DNA of 61,567 bases from Candidatus Bathyarchaeia archaeon (GCA_050012255.1 JBEKHN010000015.1:1-61567); one strand, 5' to 3'; shown: positions 42,031 through 52,853, numbered from the stretch's first letter. Translations and numbers: made by a program. Notes: generated from the letters alone by a model not told the origin.

Positions 42031-42897
42031 CTAGTGCTTGCTGTCCTGTGCCAGTATCATCTGAATATAAGAGGTCATTGTAGAATTCTGTCTACCAGAC
42101 TGAGAGGAGACATTTTCTTGAAGGTTAAAATTAATCGGCCGGCAAGTCCCGTACTCGAGGTATTCCTGGCCGTTAACGCTCATGTTCATAGAGAATGAAA
42201 CGCCAGCAATGGTGGAACTCATGGTAAGGTTGCTGCCTGAAACGTCTATCCTGAAAACCTTGTACGTGCCTGCTGGCACGGTGATGTCTTGAATGTCACC
42301 AAACTTGTAAGTTAAGTTTCCCGCCGGACCAACGTTCGCCAAGTTACTTAAACCCATTGGAACCTGCCAGGTTTCTCCCACCCTAGCCTGATCCTTCTGG
42401 AAAAACGTGCCAAACCCCAGCGGGCCGTTGCCCGTAGAATACGTCTGGTTCATTCCAGCCGGAAGACCTGAAATATACGTGATTGTAAAATATCCTGTCT
42501 TGTTCATCTTCTCAGTGATAGAAAAGCTCTGAGAGGGTCCTAGTTGGGGAAAGCTGGCCGTCTCGTTGATGGTGTAGTTTTCACCGTCAAAACTGACGAT
42601 GCCCATGCTCAACGTCATTGTCGAGACGGAATTCCGCCCCATCATTGTCATATTTGTCGTCACGTTGTAGGTCATGTTGTCTCCCACAGTGAAGTTGTAG
42701 CTCAACGGTATGATTGTGCCTGAGCTTTGCGGAACTAAAAACGCAAAGACAAGAGCTGAAGCAACAGCCGCAACTGCAACAATCCCTAAGAGGGCATAGA
42801 TCCTCTTTCTAGACCTCTTGCTAGGCGGCGGCAGTGAGGCTGGTTGTTCTGTTAGAGGAGGAGTCTCTGGAGGGGCAGGAGTCTCATTTGCATGCAT
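42031..42897 (-). CDS. Membrane-anchored extracellular protein
   Basis: Pro-rich N-terminus, TM, 'ITVPAGTY' beta motif. Confidence 0.7.
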   Translation of the reverse strand: MHANETPAPPETPPLTEQPASLPPPSKRSRKRIYALLGIVAVAAVASALVFAFLVPQSSGTIIPLSYNFTVGDNMTYNVTTNMTMMGRNSVSTMTLSMGIVSFDGENYTINETASFPQLGPSQSFSITEKMNKTGYFTITYISGLPAGMNQTYSTGNGPLGFGTFFQKDQARVGETWQVPMGLSNLANVGPAGNLTYKFGDIQDITVPAGTYKVFRIDVSGSNLTMSSTIAGVSFSMNMSVNGQEYLEYGTCRPINFNLQENVSSQSGRQNSTMTSYIQMILAQDSKH

Positions 42898-43101
42898 CGT
42901 GTAATCTCTTCTTGAACCAAAAGAAGCCCTGCACATATTTAGGTTTTGCCAGAACTGCAAATCAATCATAGGGCGCACTGGTATCCCGCAGACGGAGCGA
43001 GGTAGAGCCTATAAATGTATGATAATACCAGCTTTATCGAAGTGCTTCTCAAAGTCTGGTGCGCGACATTGAGGCGGGTAGCGATGCGATGACAAATGTC
43101 T

Positions 43102-43842
43102 TTAGCTGCTGTTTGGGTGAAGTTGTCCACGTTGATTTTGCCCGGCGCAATGGTGAGATATGCTCTTGCAGTCAGTTGATAAAGTGCTGCTTGATCGCCA
43201 GGTTGGATTCTTATTTCTCTTGTGCATTGCGGGCTCACTACGGCTTTCAAGTCTCTTTTGGCTCACAGAGGGGCCAACGATGGGCGGGTTGGTGCAAACA
43301 GCGACGTAGCACTTCAGTTTTTCGTCCTCAAGCACAAGAGTGTTTAACTGAGAATTCTTCAACAGTCGTTCAAAATCCTCCTTGGTGAAGATTTTCTTCA
43401 AACCAGTAATCACAAAAAGGGCGTCATTTCTTAAGACGCGTTTGATTTCCCCCAAGGTCTCGTTGGGGCTTGGCGTGTTTTGCAGGATTGTCATGGCAAA
43501 GACCGTGTTGAAGACTTCGTTGTGAAAGGGCATGTTGTCTGCATCTGCTTGGATGAGCTGCACGTCTCGCAGGCTCCTATTGCGTATGCGCTCCTTCGCT
43601 TGGAGAAGGCATTTCTTGGAAAAGTCAAGGCCGACAATTCCATCTACCTCGTCAGCGACGTGGTCAAAGAGGATGCCGGTTCCACAGCCAACGTCCAAAA
43701 TCAGCCATTCCTTTTCGATTTTCACGTTTTTCAATGCGGCTTCAACCTTGGCTGCTTGCTCCTCAGCGTAGCGCTTGTCGTAAATGCTTGCCGTCGTATC
43801 GTAGCAAATCATGACTCTACGTTTCTTGTGCCAACCGCGCAT
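43102..43842 (-). CDS. Class I SAM-dependent methyltransferase
   Basis: ILDVGCGTG, GLDFS, ADADNMPF. Confidence 0.9.
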   Translation of the reverse strand: MRGWHKKRRVMICYDTTASIYDKRYAEEQAAKVEAALKNVKIEKEWLILDVGCGTGILFDHVADEVDGIVGLDFSKKCLLQAKERIRNRSLRDVQLIQADADNMPFHNEVFNTVFAMTILQNTPSPNETLGEIKRVLRNDALFVITGLKKIFTKEDFERLLKNSQLNTLVLEDEKLKCYVAVCTNPPIVGPSVSQKRLESRSEPAMHKRNKNPTWRSSSTLSTDCKSISHHCAGQNQRGQLHPNSS

Positions 43843-43866
43843 TCAAACCCTTCAGAAATTTTATGA

Positions 43867-44691
43867 GTGCACATGTCTTCTAAAGCTATTGGCGAGGATA
43901 AGATGCCAGGTTCAAAGCTTCCGACGGTGCTGGTTGATCCCAGCGTTGAAGAGGCCGAAAATTTAGTCAAGGAGGCCGTATCACATAACAAAACCCTGCT
44001 TGTCATCGGCAGATGCTGGGTGCACTATCTTGGCAGGGCAAAGTCTAAGCTCGGCCCGGGAGAACGCATCCTGATCGTGAAGGAAGACGGTTCGCTTCTT
44101 GTTCATCGTTCAGCAGGTTACGAACCGGTTAACTGGATGCCCGGTGGAGATGTGGTCTTCAACGTGCAGGCCAAGGGCAAGATCTTGGAGATCCGTGCCT
44201 TGAGGCAAAAACCTGTTGAAACAGTCAGGGTCTTCTTTGACGAGATTCAGCTCGTTGCCTCGCTTGCCCTGGTCGATTCGGGAGAGTTTTCGCTCTACGC
44301 AAGTGAAGAGGACATGCAAAAAGCCATTTTGCTCAGACCTGATCTCCTAGAGGAAGGCTTCAGACCTATAACGTATGAAAAGAAGGTTGAACCAGGCTTC
44401 GTGGACGTTTATGGCGAGGACAAGGACGGAAAGCTTGTTGTCGTGGAAATCAAGCGCAAGACAGCTGGAAAAGCCGCAGCTGTCCAACTTGCAAGATACA
44501 TTGAGGCGATAAGAACGAGGGCAGACCGTGCCGTGCGAGGAATACTTGTGGCACCAAGCATCGCAAAAGGCGTCCAGAGAATCCTCACTACTCTTGGTTT
44601 GGAGTTTAGGCACTTGGATCCAAGAAAATGCGCCGAGGTACTTTCCCGAGCTGAGACAAAGAAGTTGGCCGAGTTTTTCAAGGAAACCTAA
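43867..44691 (+). CDS. nucS: Mismatch endonuclease NucS/EndoMS
   Basis: GRAKS, K.DGS.LVH, PVNW, VEIKR, QL.RY, C-terminal PIP-like KKLAEFF. Confidence 0.95.
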   Translation: MHMSSKAIGEDKMPGSKLPTVLVDPSVEEAENLVKEAVSHNKTLLVIGRCWVHYLGRAKSKLGPGERILIVKEDGSLLVHRSAGYEPVNWMPGGDVVFNVQAKGKILEIRALRQKPVETVRVFFDEIQLVASLALVDSGEFSLYASEEDMQKAILLRPDLLEEGFRPITYEKKVEPGFVDVYGEDKDGKLVVVEIKRKTAGKAAAVQLARYIEAIRTRADRAVRGILVAPSIAKGVQRILTTLGLEFRHLDPRKCAEVLSRAETKKLAEFFKET

Positions 44692-44857
44692 ATTTGCAAC
44701 AGTCTTCAAAGATACTTCCCTTCCCTGTTCTTGGCCATTGGATTCATCGTGAGTGAAGTCGATTTTGTCATAGCAGAAATGAGAAAAAGGTTAACTTTTC
44801 AATCAGTGTAGGGCGTTCTCGGGAAAACAGATTAGTCGGTGTGACTTTTTGTCATAA

Positions 44858-45409
44858 GTGCTGATTGTAATGAATGTCTGGAAGGATATTCCGTCAGGTG
44901 ACAAGCCTCCGACGCTTTTGAATGTCGTGATTGAAGTTGCGAGTGGGTCAAGAGATAAGTATGAGTTCCGCTCTGAGTGGGAGGCGTTCGTTTTGGACAG
45001 GGTAATACCTTCATCAGTGGTTTTTCCAGTGGAGTACGGTTTTGTACCGCAGACTTGGGCTGAGGATGATGACCCGCTCGACATAATGGTTCTCAGCTAT
45101 GAATCGCTTGAGGTTGGTTGCATGGTCAAGGTGAGAACGATAGGAGCATTGATCGTTGAAGACGAAAAAGGGGAAGACGCGAAGATTCTCTCTGTCCCCG
45201 TTAATGACGCAAGATTCGACGGTTACCGCGACATTTCAGACGTGCATCCACAAAGACTCAGAGAGATTCAAGAGTTCTTTGAAACATACAAGAGGCTAGA
45301 GCCGATCAAATGGGCAAAGTTCAAAGAGTGGAAGAGCGTCAAGGATGTATGTGCAATAGTGACTTCTTCTATGGAAAGATACAGAAAAATGGCGGAGCTC
45401 CACCATTAG
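44858..45409 (+). CDS. ppa: Family I inorganic pyrophosphatase
   Basis: KYE, YGFVPQT, DDDPLD, FFETYK. Confidence 0.96.
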   Translation: MLIVMNVWKDIPSGDKPPTLLNVVIEVASGSRDKYEFRSEWEAFVLDRVIPSSVVFPVEYGFVPQTWAEDDDPLDIMVLSYESLEVGCMVKVRTIGALIVEDEKGEDAKILSVPVNDARFDGYRDISDVHPQRLREIQEFFETYKRLEPIKWAKFKEWKSVKDVCAIVTSSMERYRKMAELHH

Positions 45410-45536
45410 TAGTATCAACTTCAGACCGTTGTGAAGATACGAGAAACTCGGAATCACGTATTCTCTGAAATCAGGAATTGTTTTCGAAAGTCCCTTTTTT
45501 ACACGCGTCCTCTCATCAGGACGCAAGCTTTAACTT

Positions 45537-45980
45537 TTGAGACTAGCTAAGTTTGAGTTGGAGTCAGAGTTGGCAGAACTGGCAGAAAAGGTAAATATCA
45601 AGCACCCAGTCGACCCGACCCATGTTGACATAAAGAAGGATCCGTTCCATCCAACAGCTTACATCATAACTTTGCCATTGGATTCCGATCCTTCCTACGT
45701 TTGGCATACACTGTTTGAACAAGAGTTGTGGTCTAGCTTAGACTTTTGGGACAGGAAAGTCCTAGTCGTGGGAAGAGCAATAAAGCTTGTGACCACGCGT
45801 GACAGGGTGGAGGAGAAGCTTCATTGGCTTGAGGGGTTAGTCACCGCAACGAACAAGCGAGTTGAAGATTACAACAAGAAGGCTAGAGCGGAAAGAGATG
45901 CGAGCAGGTCAAAGTTTATGGACGAAGAAGAGATCAGGAAGGACGTGTCAACTTGGATCCTTGGCAGAGTTAGAGGATAA
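45537..45980 (+). CDS. Hypothetical protein
   Basis: Coding-like 147-aa ORF. Confidence 0.6.
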   Translation: MRLAKFELESELAELAEKVNIKHPVDPTHVDIKKDPFHPTAYIITLPLDSDPSYVWHTLFEQELWSSLDFWDRKVLVVGRAIKLVTTRDRVEEKLHWLEGLVTATNKRVEDYNKKARAERDASRSKFMDEEEIRKDVSTWILGRVRG

Positions 45981-46044
45981 AACAGGAAGCTCAGCAGGCT
46001 CGCTGGAACAGGCTTCGGCCGAGAAAAGGACACCATCTTCCGTG

Positions 46045-47400
46045 TCAGTCAGGCTTGGGTTTGCGTAGGAAGTCTGTTATTCGTTTTTGGAACAAGGCAT
46101 TGCGAATAAGTTGGCTCTGTCTTACCCAGCTCTGAAGAGGGATCTTAAACTTGCTTGCAATCGTTTCCAGTGCCTCGTTTAACGTGTTGAAGTTTAATGG
46201 CTTTTGGCCCATGGCATGTCTTACGTTTTCTCTGACCTGCCACACTCCTACTGGCATGATGTAGCCAGGGTGAGCTTCCCGCAGAACGATAACCGACGCT
46301 TGCCTTCTTTCCTTCACCAGCAGCTCGCAGACCGCCAGGCGTGCGGCGTAGTAACATCCGCCTATCTCTGCATACGAGGTTCTACCATCATGGCCTTCCC
46401 AATCACCGAACATCACGACCTTTTCACCATCCGGGTTCCAAACGGTGCCAGGGTACCACGCTTCGATCGCTTCATAACACCATTCTCGTGGTATCATAAG
46501 GACTTCGAAGACGTTATCAAGGTAGTTAGATTCATAAACGCGGTACTCGTTGATCTCAGGAAATTCTCTGACTTGGCTCATGAGGTTTTTCGAGATAATG
46601 TCATCCACAGCCGTTATGCTCCAGCGTGTTGGCACGAATCGGCGGTTCTTCTCCAAGCCGAAGGCTCCGACGCTGAAGGCTCTCTGGATTTTCGTTTCGA
46701 ACACACCTTTGCCGTAGAGTTCAAGCACTGCTTGGACAGCCCTCAGGTCGGTGTCCGAGTACGCTTTTTCCACATTCTGATCCCATCTTGTATTGCCAAC
46801 GTTCAAGTCTCTGATCGGGGCCGAGGGCCCAAAAGGTTGGACTTCGTCGCTCAAGAATATGGAACCATGAGGTTTCTTGGTCAAGATCAATTCAACATCC
46901 ACTGGCTTAACAGCTAGAGCCAGTTCGCGGGTTTTCTCAATTATTTTTCCTGCTTCGCTGAACTTCTGAACATGCACTCTCTGTTTGCCTCGAACGAGCA
47001 TCGAGCGGAAAGCCACGATTTCGTCTATTGATTTTCCAAACCAGAGTTCTGGCAGGTCATACATACTCGTGTCGTCATGCACGGGCGGTACCAGTGGTCC
47101 TGCATAAACGTTTGGATAGCCCATTCTGCCGACGAAGACGCTTGGCGGTGAAGCGCCTGCGATGTCTTCGCTGTTCATCAAAGGCACACTTCTCAAGTAA
47201 TAGTTGACCTTCACAATTATCGGGCATCGTGTCTTGCCGCACAAGAGTCTTGAACCCTTGCAGACTACGCACAGACCACTTCGCGAGGATTTGGCAGTGA
47301 TCGTTGGAATCTCATCCTGGCCTACACCGGTGCTTTTGAGAACATCGTGTAGCCAAGTGTCCGAATACTTTTTTTCATTCCGTACTTGAGAAAGTGTCAA
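46045..47400 (-). CDS. nreA: Archaeal DNA repair protein Nre
   Basis: C..CKG.RLLCG..RCP, SPPSVFVG, VPTRWSITAVD, PVGVWQVRE, C-terminal PIP QKRITDF. Confidence 0.93.
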   Translation of the reverse strand: MTLSQVRNEKKYSDTWLHDVLKSTGVGQDEIPTITAKSSRSGLCVVCKGSRLLCGKTRCPIIVKVNYYLRSVPLMNSEDIAGASPPSVFVGRMGYPNVYAGPLVPPVHDDTSMYDLPELWFGKSIDEIVAFRSMLVRGKQRVHVQKFSEAGKIIEKTRELALAVKPVDVELILTKKPHGSIFLSDEVQPFGPSAPIRDLNVGNTRWDQNVEKAYSDTDLRAVQAVLELYGKGVFETKIQRAFSVGAFGLEKNRRFVPTRWSITAVDDIISKNLMSQVREFPEINEYRVYESNYLDNVFEVLMIPREWCYEAIEAWYPGTVWNPDGEKVVMFGDWEGHDGRTSYAEIGGCYYAARLAVCELLVKERRQASVIVLREAHPGYIMPVGVWQVRENVRHAMGQKPLNFNTLNEALETIASKFKIPLQSWVRQSQLIRNALFQKRITDFLRKPKPD

Positions 47401-47519
47401 TCCTTGTCGATCCAGAAGATCGGTTAAAGGTGTTCTTATGTTTTCTGGGCCTGTCTAGGCTATTATAGAACGTGCGTTTTATAAGATCCAGCCGTGTCAG
47501 CATTTTAGCGTGAGAGGTC

Positions 47520-47804
47520 ATGAGCAGAGAAGTTCGCTACTACAAGGGAAAGCACAAGGTCGCTATATTGTCGGAAAGTCGTGGTAACTGGGTCGTGGAG
47601 GCCTTGGAGCCATTTGAAGACGAAGTTTACGGCAAAAAGACCAAGGTCAGGGTAGGAGAGAAACGAATCGTTCCTCCAAACTTGCTTTTCAAGAAAAAGA
47701 GTCTGCCTCCGCTTGTGAAGGAACACGAATACGAGCTGAAGATGGAGAAGAAGCTCAAGGAGTTAGTCGGCGAACAGGAAAGAAAAGAGAGCAAGAACGA
47801 TTAG
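47520..47804 (+). CDS. Hypothetical protein
   Basis: SD GAGGT; coding-like 94-aa ORF. Confidence 0.65.
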   Translation: MSREVRYYKGKHKVAILSESRGNWVVEALEPFEDEVYGKKTKVRVGEKRIVPPNLLFKKKSLPPLVKEHEYELKMEKKLKELVGEQERKESKND

Positions 47805-47885
47805 CCGATTGCCAAAAATCACTCAGCTCTCACATTTTCTACGTAGAGTTACTACTTCTCTTTCGTGTAGCGGATAAGAATTATG

Positions 47886-48257
47886 CTATCTTTTCAGGCA
47901 TCTGCTTCCAGCGTTTTCTTCTCTCAGTTCTTTAATGTATCGCTTTTCACCATGCGTGTTTAGAAGCTGTTGCTGTGCATTGACAAAGTTTAATGCGTGG
48001 TACAAGCTCTCTTCTCCGTTCAGCTGGTCCTTGAATAGGCATCCTTTCTCGGAGCTCTTCATTTTCATGTTCCTAAGATATTCCACAGCGTACATGCAAT
48101 GGGTCACGATCTCGCATGATTGACATCGAGACCAATCTGCTGGGTAGAGGCAAGAACCGCAGGCTACGTGACATGCTCTCTTTCCAGGATACAGATCGAC
48201 TTTAGGTTCTCCTTCGCATCGACAACATTTGCTCTCCCACGATTCAAGTTCCGGCAT
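47886..48257 (-). CDS. Cysteine-rich hypothetical protein
   Basis: GGAGGT SD; several CxxC motifs. Confidence 0.6.
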   Translation of the reverse strand: MPELESWESKCCRCEGEPKVDLYPGKRACHVACGSCLYPADWSRCQSCEIVTHCMYAVEYLRNMKMKSSEKGCLFKDQLNGEESLYHALNFVNAQQQLLNTHGEKRYIKELREENAGSRCLKR

Positions 48258-48425
48258 TGGCTAACCTCCAGAAATCCTCTATGTACATATGCCTATTCGC
48301 GTGCTCATAAGGGTTTTGGTTATCACTGAGAAGTTTTCGTGGCGATTTACTTATTAACTACAATGAATGCATTATAGAAGTAGAAGTCGCAACAAGCTAA
48401 TTGTCTTCGCAGGGGAAGAATCATC

Positions 48426-48995
48426 TTGTTGAAAGGAATCGATGAAATCGACAAAAAGATTCTGCGATCGTTGTCAGAAAATCCAGAGCTTTCCCAAGTT
48501 GAACTGTCAGAGGGGTTGAAAATCTCGCAGCCCGCAATCAGCGCAAGACTGCACAAGCTCAAAGAAATAGGTGTGCTGGCCCATTCGGTTGGAACGGACA
48601 TCAAGAAGAGTCAGCTGTTTCTTGCCAAAATGGACATCGTGACAACCGGCACCGAGGATGTCATAAGCTTCCTCGACAAGTGTCCTCTGTACCTGAACAG
48701 TTTCTTGACTTCTGGAAAGTATAACCTAACGGTGCTTTTAGTCGGAGAGAACATGAGGTCCATAATGTCATGTGTAGACTCTCACATGAGAAATAACCCT
48801 CTCATAAAAGACATGGAGTTCAATCTCATCGTGACACCTATCAGAGACTTCATCGTTCCCATAAGACCTATCCTGGAAAAAAAGAAGACAATCCCATGCG
48901 AAACCGAAACCGACTGCAGTAGTTGCACTCTTTACACAAACAACAGATGCCTCGGATGCCCAGCCTCAGTCCATTACAGAGGAAGTCTCTTATAG
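48426..48995 (+). CDS. Lrp/AsnC regulator with C-terminal Cys cluster
   Basis: DEIDKKIL, SQPAISARL; C-terminal C..DCSSC...RCLGCP. Confidence 0.88.
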   Translation: MLKGIDEIDKKILRSLSENPELSQVELSEGLKISQPAISARLHKLKEIGVLAHSVGTDIKKSQLFLAKMDIVTTGTEDVISFLDKCPLYLNSFLTSGKYNLTVLLVGENMRSIMSCVDSHMRNNPLIKDMEFNLIVTPIRDFIVPIRPILEKKKTIPCETETDCSSCTLYTNNRCLGCPASVHYRGSLL

Positions 48996-48998
48996 AAG

Positions 48999-49106
48999 TG
49001 GCGCCCTGGCCGGGATTTGGACCCGGGTCCTGCGGGCGACAGCCGCATATACTACTCCGACACTGATGCGGTTTTCATCAATGTGACCGGACTATACTAC
49101 CAGGGC
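48999..49106 (-). tRNA. tRNA-Asp(GTC) with 32-nt D-loop intron (about 49054-49085)
   Basis: TGCGG-CT-GTC-GC-CCGCA anticodon arm; BHB TCCG/CGGA with two 3-nt bulges; mature length 76 nt. Confidence 0.88.
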
Positions 49107-49198
49107 TATCATGGCGTAGGCGCCGTAGTGACTAAAGAAATATTTTGATTAATTAAGCTTTCTTGGTTCTATTCTGTGCCATTTCTAGTTAGGTTTAT

Positions 49199-50142
49199 GT
49201 GAAACCAGCTTGTCACATGTATGCTATGATCACGATAATAGGCGCTGGGAAAGTGGGAAGTTCTGCTGCCTTCAACATTCTAGGCCGCAGAATCAGTGAT
49301 GTCGTTCTGATAGACATCGCTGAGAACTTGGCCAGGGGCGAGGCTTTGGATATGATGCAGGCGGCCCCTGCGATCGAGTTTGATGGGAAAATTGAGGGCA
49401 CCAGTGATTACAAAGAGATGAAAGGTTCAGAACTCGTAATCGTAACTGCTGGTTTGGCCAGACAGCCTGGAATGAGCCGAATTAACCTCTTGAACAAGAA
49501 CGCGAAGATAGTCAAATCCGTGGTGAAAGAGGTTGTCAAGTATGCTCCAGACTGCATGCTGATGATGGTGACTAATCCGGTCGATGTGATGACCTACGTT
49601 GCCTACGAGGAGTCAGGGTTCAGAAGAAACCGCGTTTTCGGAATGGGAAACATTCTTGACACTCTCCGTTTCAGGTCCTACATCGCATTGGAACTGGGCG
49701 TTTCACGGGAGGACATCCGCGCTTTGGTGATTGGGGAGCACGGGGATTCCATGGTTCCCCTCGTGAACTTCGCTTCCGTTTCAGGAATACCTATAACGAC
49801 CTTGCTTGACAAGGACCAGGTCGAAAAGGTAGTAAACTCACCCGGGCTTCAGGTTCAGACGTGATAAAGCTTAAAGGGTCTACAGTTTGCGCCCCTGCCG
49901 CTGTCATTGCGATAATGGCCGATGCTGTTTTGAGAGGCAGAAACAGAGTCATGAGTGTTTCCACGTATTTGCAGGGCGAGTACGGGTTTTCAGATCTGTC
50001 GATCGGTGTTCCATGCGTCCTTGGAAAGAATGGGGTTGAAAGAATTCTGGAGCTTAAGCTGGATGCGGAAGCGAAGAAGGCCTTTGAAAAATCTGCTTCC
50101 ATAATAAAAGATGCGATAGCAGAAATGAAAAAGACAGCTTGA
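49199..50142 (+). pseudogene. mdh: Malate dehydrogenase, frameshifted near 49835
   Basis: IIGAGKVG, RQPGMSR, VTNPVD, LDTLRF, GEHGDS; C-terminus continues in another frame. Confidence 0.85.
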
Positions 50143-50492
50143 GCAAAAGTGACATTCGGTTTTGCAGACCCCTCGTTTGAAATTGGCATTCCTAATCGTG
50201 TGGCAAAATCTTACAAAATGCTCTTTTCCATCGTTACGAAGAGAAAAAATCTGTTCACATCTGTCTTCCACACACGCCAAGAGAGGAACCGATCAGGAAA
50301 ATCATTGTCATGCAGCACGTGCGAAGCCTTTTGTTACAGCCCACGTTGTCCTTTAACGTTCCAGAAGACTGTTCGCAAATTCAAATTGATATACTGGGCG
50401 AGTGTGGTACAGTATATATCAGGTTGCCCTATGTAGTATTAATCAGCGCCTTGTGAGTCAAGAAATAAAAACAAAGGGAGGCGGAGAAGGAA

Positions 50493-52304
50493 ATGTTTCC
50501 ATTGCTATGGTGGCTGACATGGATAATTGTGTTCGTGTTTCCCACGACTGAGCACTGGATTAAGAGCTATTGGCGATACCTGCTGCTCGGCCTTGTTGGC
50601 GCGCTATTCGGATTCATCGCCATTGCAGCCGTCACCATCGACGTCTACATGGTTCTCTGGCTCATATTTTTCAAACTGTTCATCACGTTAGGAGAGTGGC
50701 TGTTCGCCTATATGAACATCTACAGATTATCCGACCACGATGAACGATCCATGCATGAAAAATACGAGAACAGAAGATTCAGGTCGATGTTTGGTCGAGG
50801 GAACAGAAAGGAAGAATACAGATGGCTGACCGCCATTGCAATGATAACTATTATCGTTTTTTCAGCCGTCATGTTATGGCAGACCCAAGCCGCGTCGAGA
50901 GTCAACAATGCAAGTTCTTTCAACCAGATGCTGACGTTCGAACCTGCGGGAACACCGCTATTCCAGAATGAAATTCCCAACAACATGCTACGGCTGACGA
51001 CTGAAGAATTGGCAAAGAGCATCGCACTGAGAAGCGCTGCCCACTTCGGAAGCGTAAGGGTCGGATCAGCACACATAACCATATACAAGGGCCGACTCGT
51101 CTGGGTGGTGACGATGATCCCGCCAAATCTGTATGGTGACAATACCATCAAGGGACTCGTAATCGTCGACGCGAACAACCCAGAACTCGACGTCGAGATT
51201 ATCGACAAACCTTTCAAAGTCGGCGAAGGACTCGTGTATTTCCCACTTTTCTACACGGGAAACATACAGGGAAACGCCTATTGGGGACTGTCTACTGCCG
51301 ACGCCTACGGCAGAGCTACTCTGACACCCGACGACAACGGCAACTGGAAATACGTCCTGACAGCTACCCAAGTTCAACAATGGACGTTCGTCGCACAACC
51401 CAAAGGAGTGTACGTGTACAACGAGTTCGGCCAAGTCGAAAACTCCTACAGCATGAACGAGATCCCCGACTGGGTCACCCAACGCTACGATGAAGGCTGG
51501 TTCAAGACCATGATCAGTGCATGGGGTGCCACCAGGAGAGGAAACGGCTTCGACATCTTCGCAGGTGGCTTCGCTTGGATACCTGCATCAACCAACAGGG
51601 TGGAAATCTCAGATGACGTCCGATGGATCGTTGACCCCGACACAAACAGGATAACCGCGCTGGTCCCTGTCGACTTCGTCGGCGAAGCGCAGACGATGGC
51701 CGGAATGTTCAAAACAGCGGCTAGTGGAATAGAGTACTATGACACCACAGGCCTAGACATCAAGAGCGGCCTACAGGCGCAGAACGTCATCGAATCCCAC
51801 ATCCTAAAACCCACCACGGGCGCGTACGAAGCAGAAATGCCACTGATATACCCGATAAACGGCGAAAACCTCTGGTTCGTTCCTGTATATTGGCGCACTG
51901 CACAAGGCGAATCTACCTCAGCACAAGAAACCCTCAAACTGGCCGGCCTCGGAATCGTTGACGCCGTGAACCTAGACCACTACACAATCGTCATGACAAG
52001 CGAAAACGGCAAAACATACCAAGGCACAGACCTCGTCAAAGAGGCAAAAAACAGGTTCGAAGCAGGAACAGTTCAACCCTCAAACGAGACGACGATAAAC
52101 GGAACACTAACCAACAAATTCTCATACATCAACGAGGGCAACACCATCTACGGTCTAACCATCAACCAAACCGACTACATAGTACACACGCAAAACCTAG
52201 ACTTCACAACAGTCAGCAGAATTGAAAGACTGCCGATCGGCGTGACAGTAGCGATAGTAGTCAACTCAAATAACAACGAATTCATTCGATTCCTAGCCCC
52301 CTAG
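50493..52304 (+). CDS. Large membrane-anchored hypothetical protein
   Basis: About four N-terminal TM segments, large beta-rich external domain. Confidence 0.75.
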   Translation: MFPLLWWLTWIIVFVFPTTEHWIKSYWRYLLLGLVGALFGFIAIAAVTIDVYMVLWLIFFKLFITLGEWLFAYMNIYRLSDHDERSMHEKYENRRFRSMFGRGNRKEEYRWLTAIAMITIIVFSAVMLWQTQAASRVNNASSFNQMLTFEPAGTPLFQNEIPNNMLRLTTEELAKSIALRSAAHFGSVRVGSAHITIYKGRLVWVVTMIPPNLYGDNTIKGLVIVDANNPELDVEIIDKPFKVGEGLVYFPLFYTGNIQGNAYWGLSTADAYGRATLTPDDNGNWKYVLTATQVQQWTFVAQPKGVYVYNEFGQVENSYSMNEIPDWVTQRYDEGWFKTMISAWGATRRGNGFDIFAGGFAWIPASTNRVEISDDVRWIVDPDTNRITALVPVDFVGEAQTMAGMFKTAASGIEYYDTTGLDIKSGLQAQNVIESHILKPTTGAYEAEMPLIYPINGENLWFVPVYWRTAQGESTSAQETLKLAGLGIVDAVNLDHYTIVMTSENGKTYQGTDLVKEAKNRFEAGTVQPSNETTINGTLTNKFSYINEGNTIYGLTINQTDYIVHTQNLDFTTVSRIERLPIGVTVAIVVNSNNNEFIRFLAP

Positions 52305-52469
52305 CGCGCATGCCTGTTCCTAAATTCGTTTGCAGAGTATTTTGTGCTTCCGGCTGTACTCCGTCTATGGATAGTGATGGACGTCGGGATATGATGAGCA
52401 TCGTTCAATAGGCGCAAATCAACTCTATCACACTTAAAAAGAGGAATTTAGGAACACGCTAGCGCGCTA
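52302..52469 (+). mobile_element. MITE-like repeat, copy 4 (168 bp, same ends, different interior)
   Basis: TAGCGCGCATGCCTGTTCCTAAATTC ... GAATTTAGGAACACGCTAGCGCGCTA; left end overlaps TAG stop of upstream gene. Confidence 0.82.
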
Positions 52470-52853
52470 CAAATTATCTGAACGAATGACCAAAGTGCTA
52501 AAAGGGATCCTAGCGCGCGCGGGTCAGGTTATTGTTTGTCGAGAATGCCTTCAGCCTGCAGGAACGTGAAGTTATCACGGAGGTCTGGATACTTGTCCGT
52601 CTTCAGTTGAGGATAGAGTTGCTGAACGATTTTCTTCGCATCGCGTGCGGCCCACTTGAGGGTGAACCGAATATTTGTCATAATCGTTCCGAACGTGGAA
52701 TTGAATGGGTGCACGTGAACCATCACGGTTTGCAAGATCGTTCACACAATCAACGTCCAAGATGAACGGAACCTGAATTACAGCATTGTACGTTTCGTGT
52801 TAGCGATGCAGTTGAGAAGGTTTTTAACATGCTAGGGACGTTGGATAAGACAA

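Noticed and set aside
52529-52735. 68-aa minus-strand ORF
   Set aside because: Looks like a C-terminal gene fragment; no family recognised
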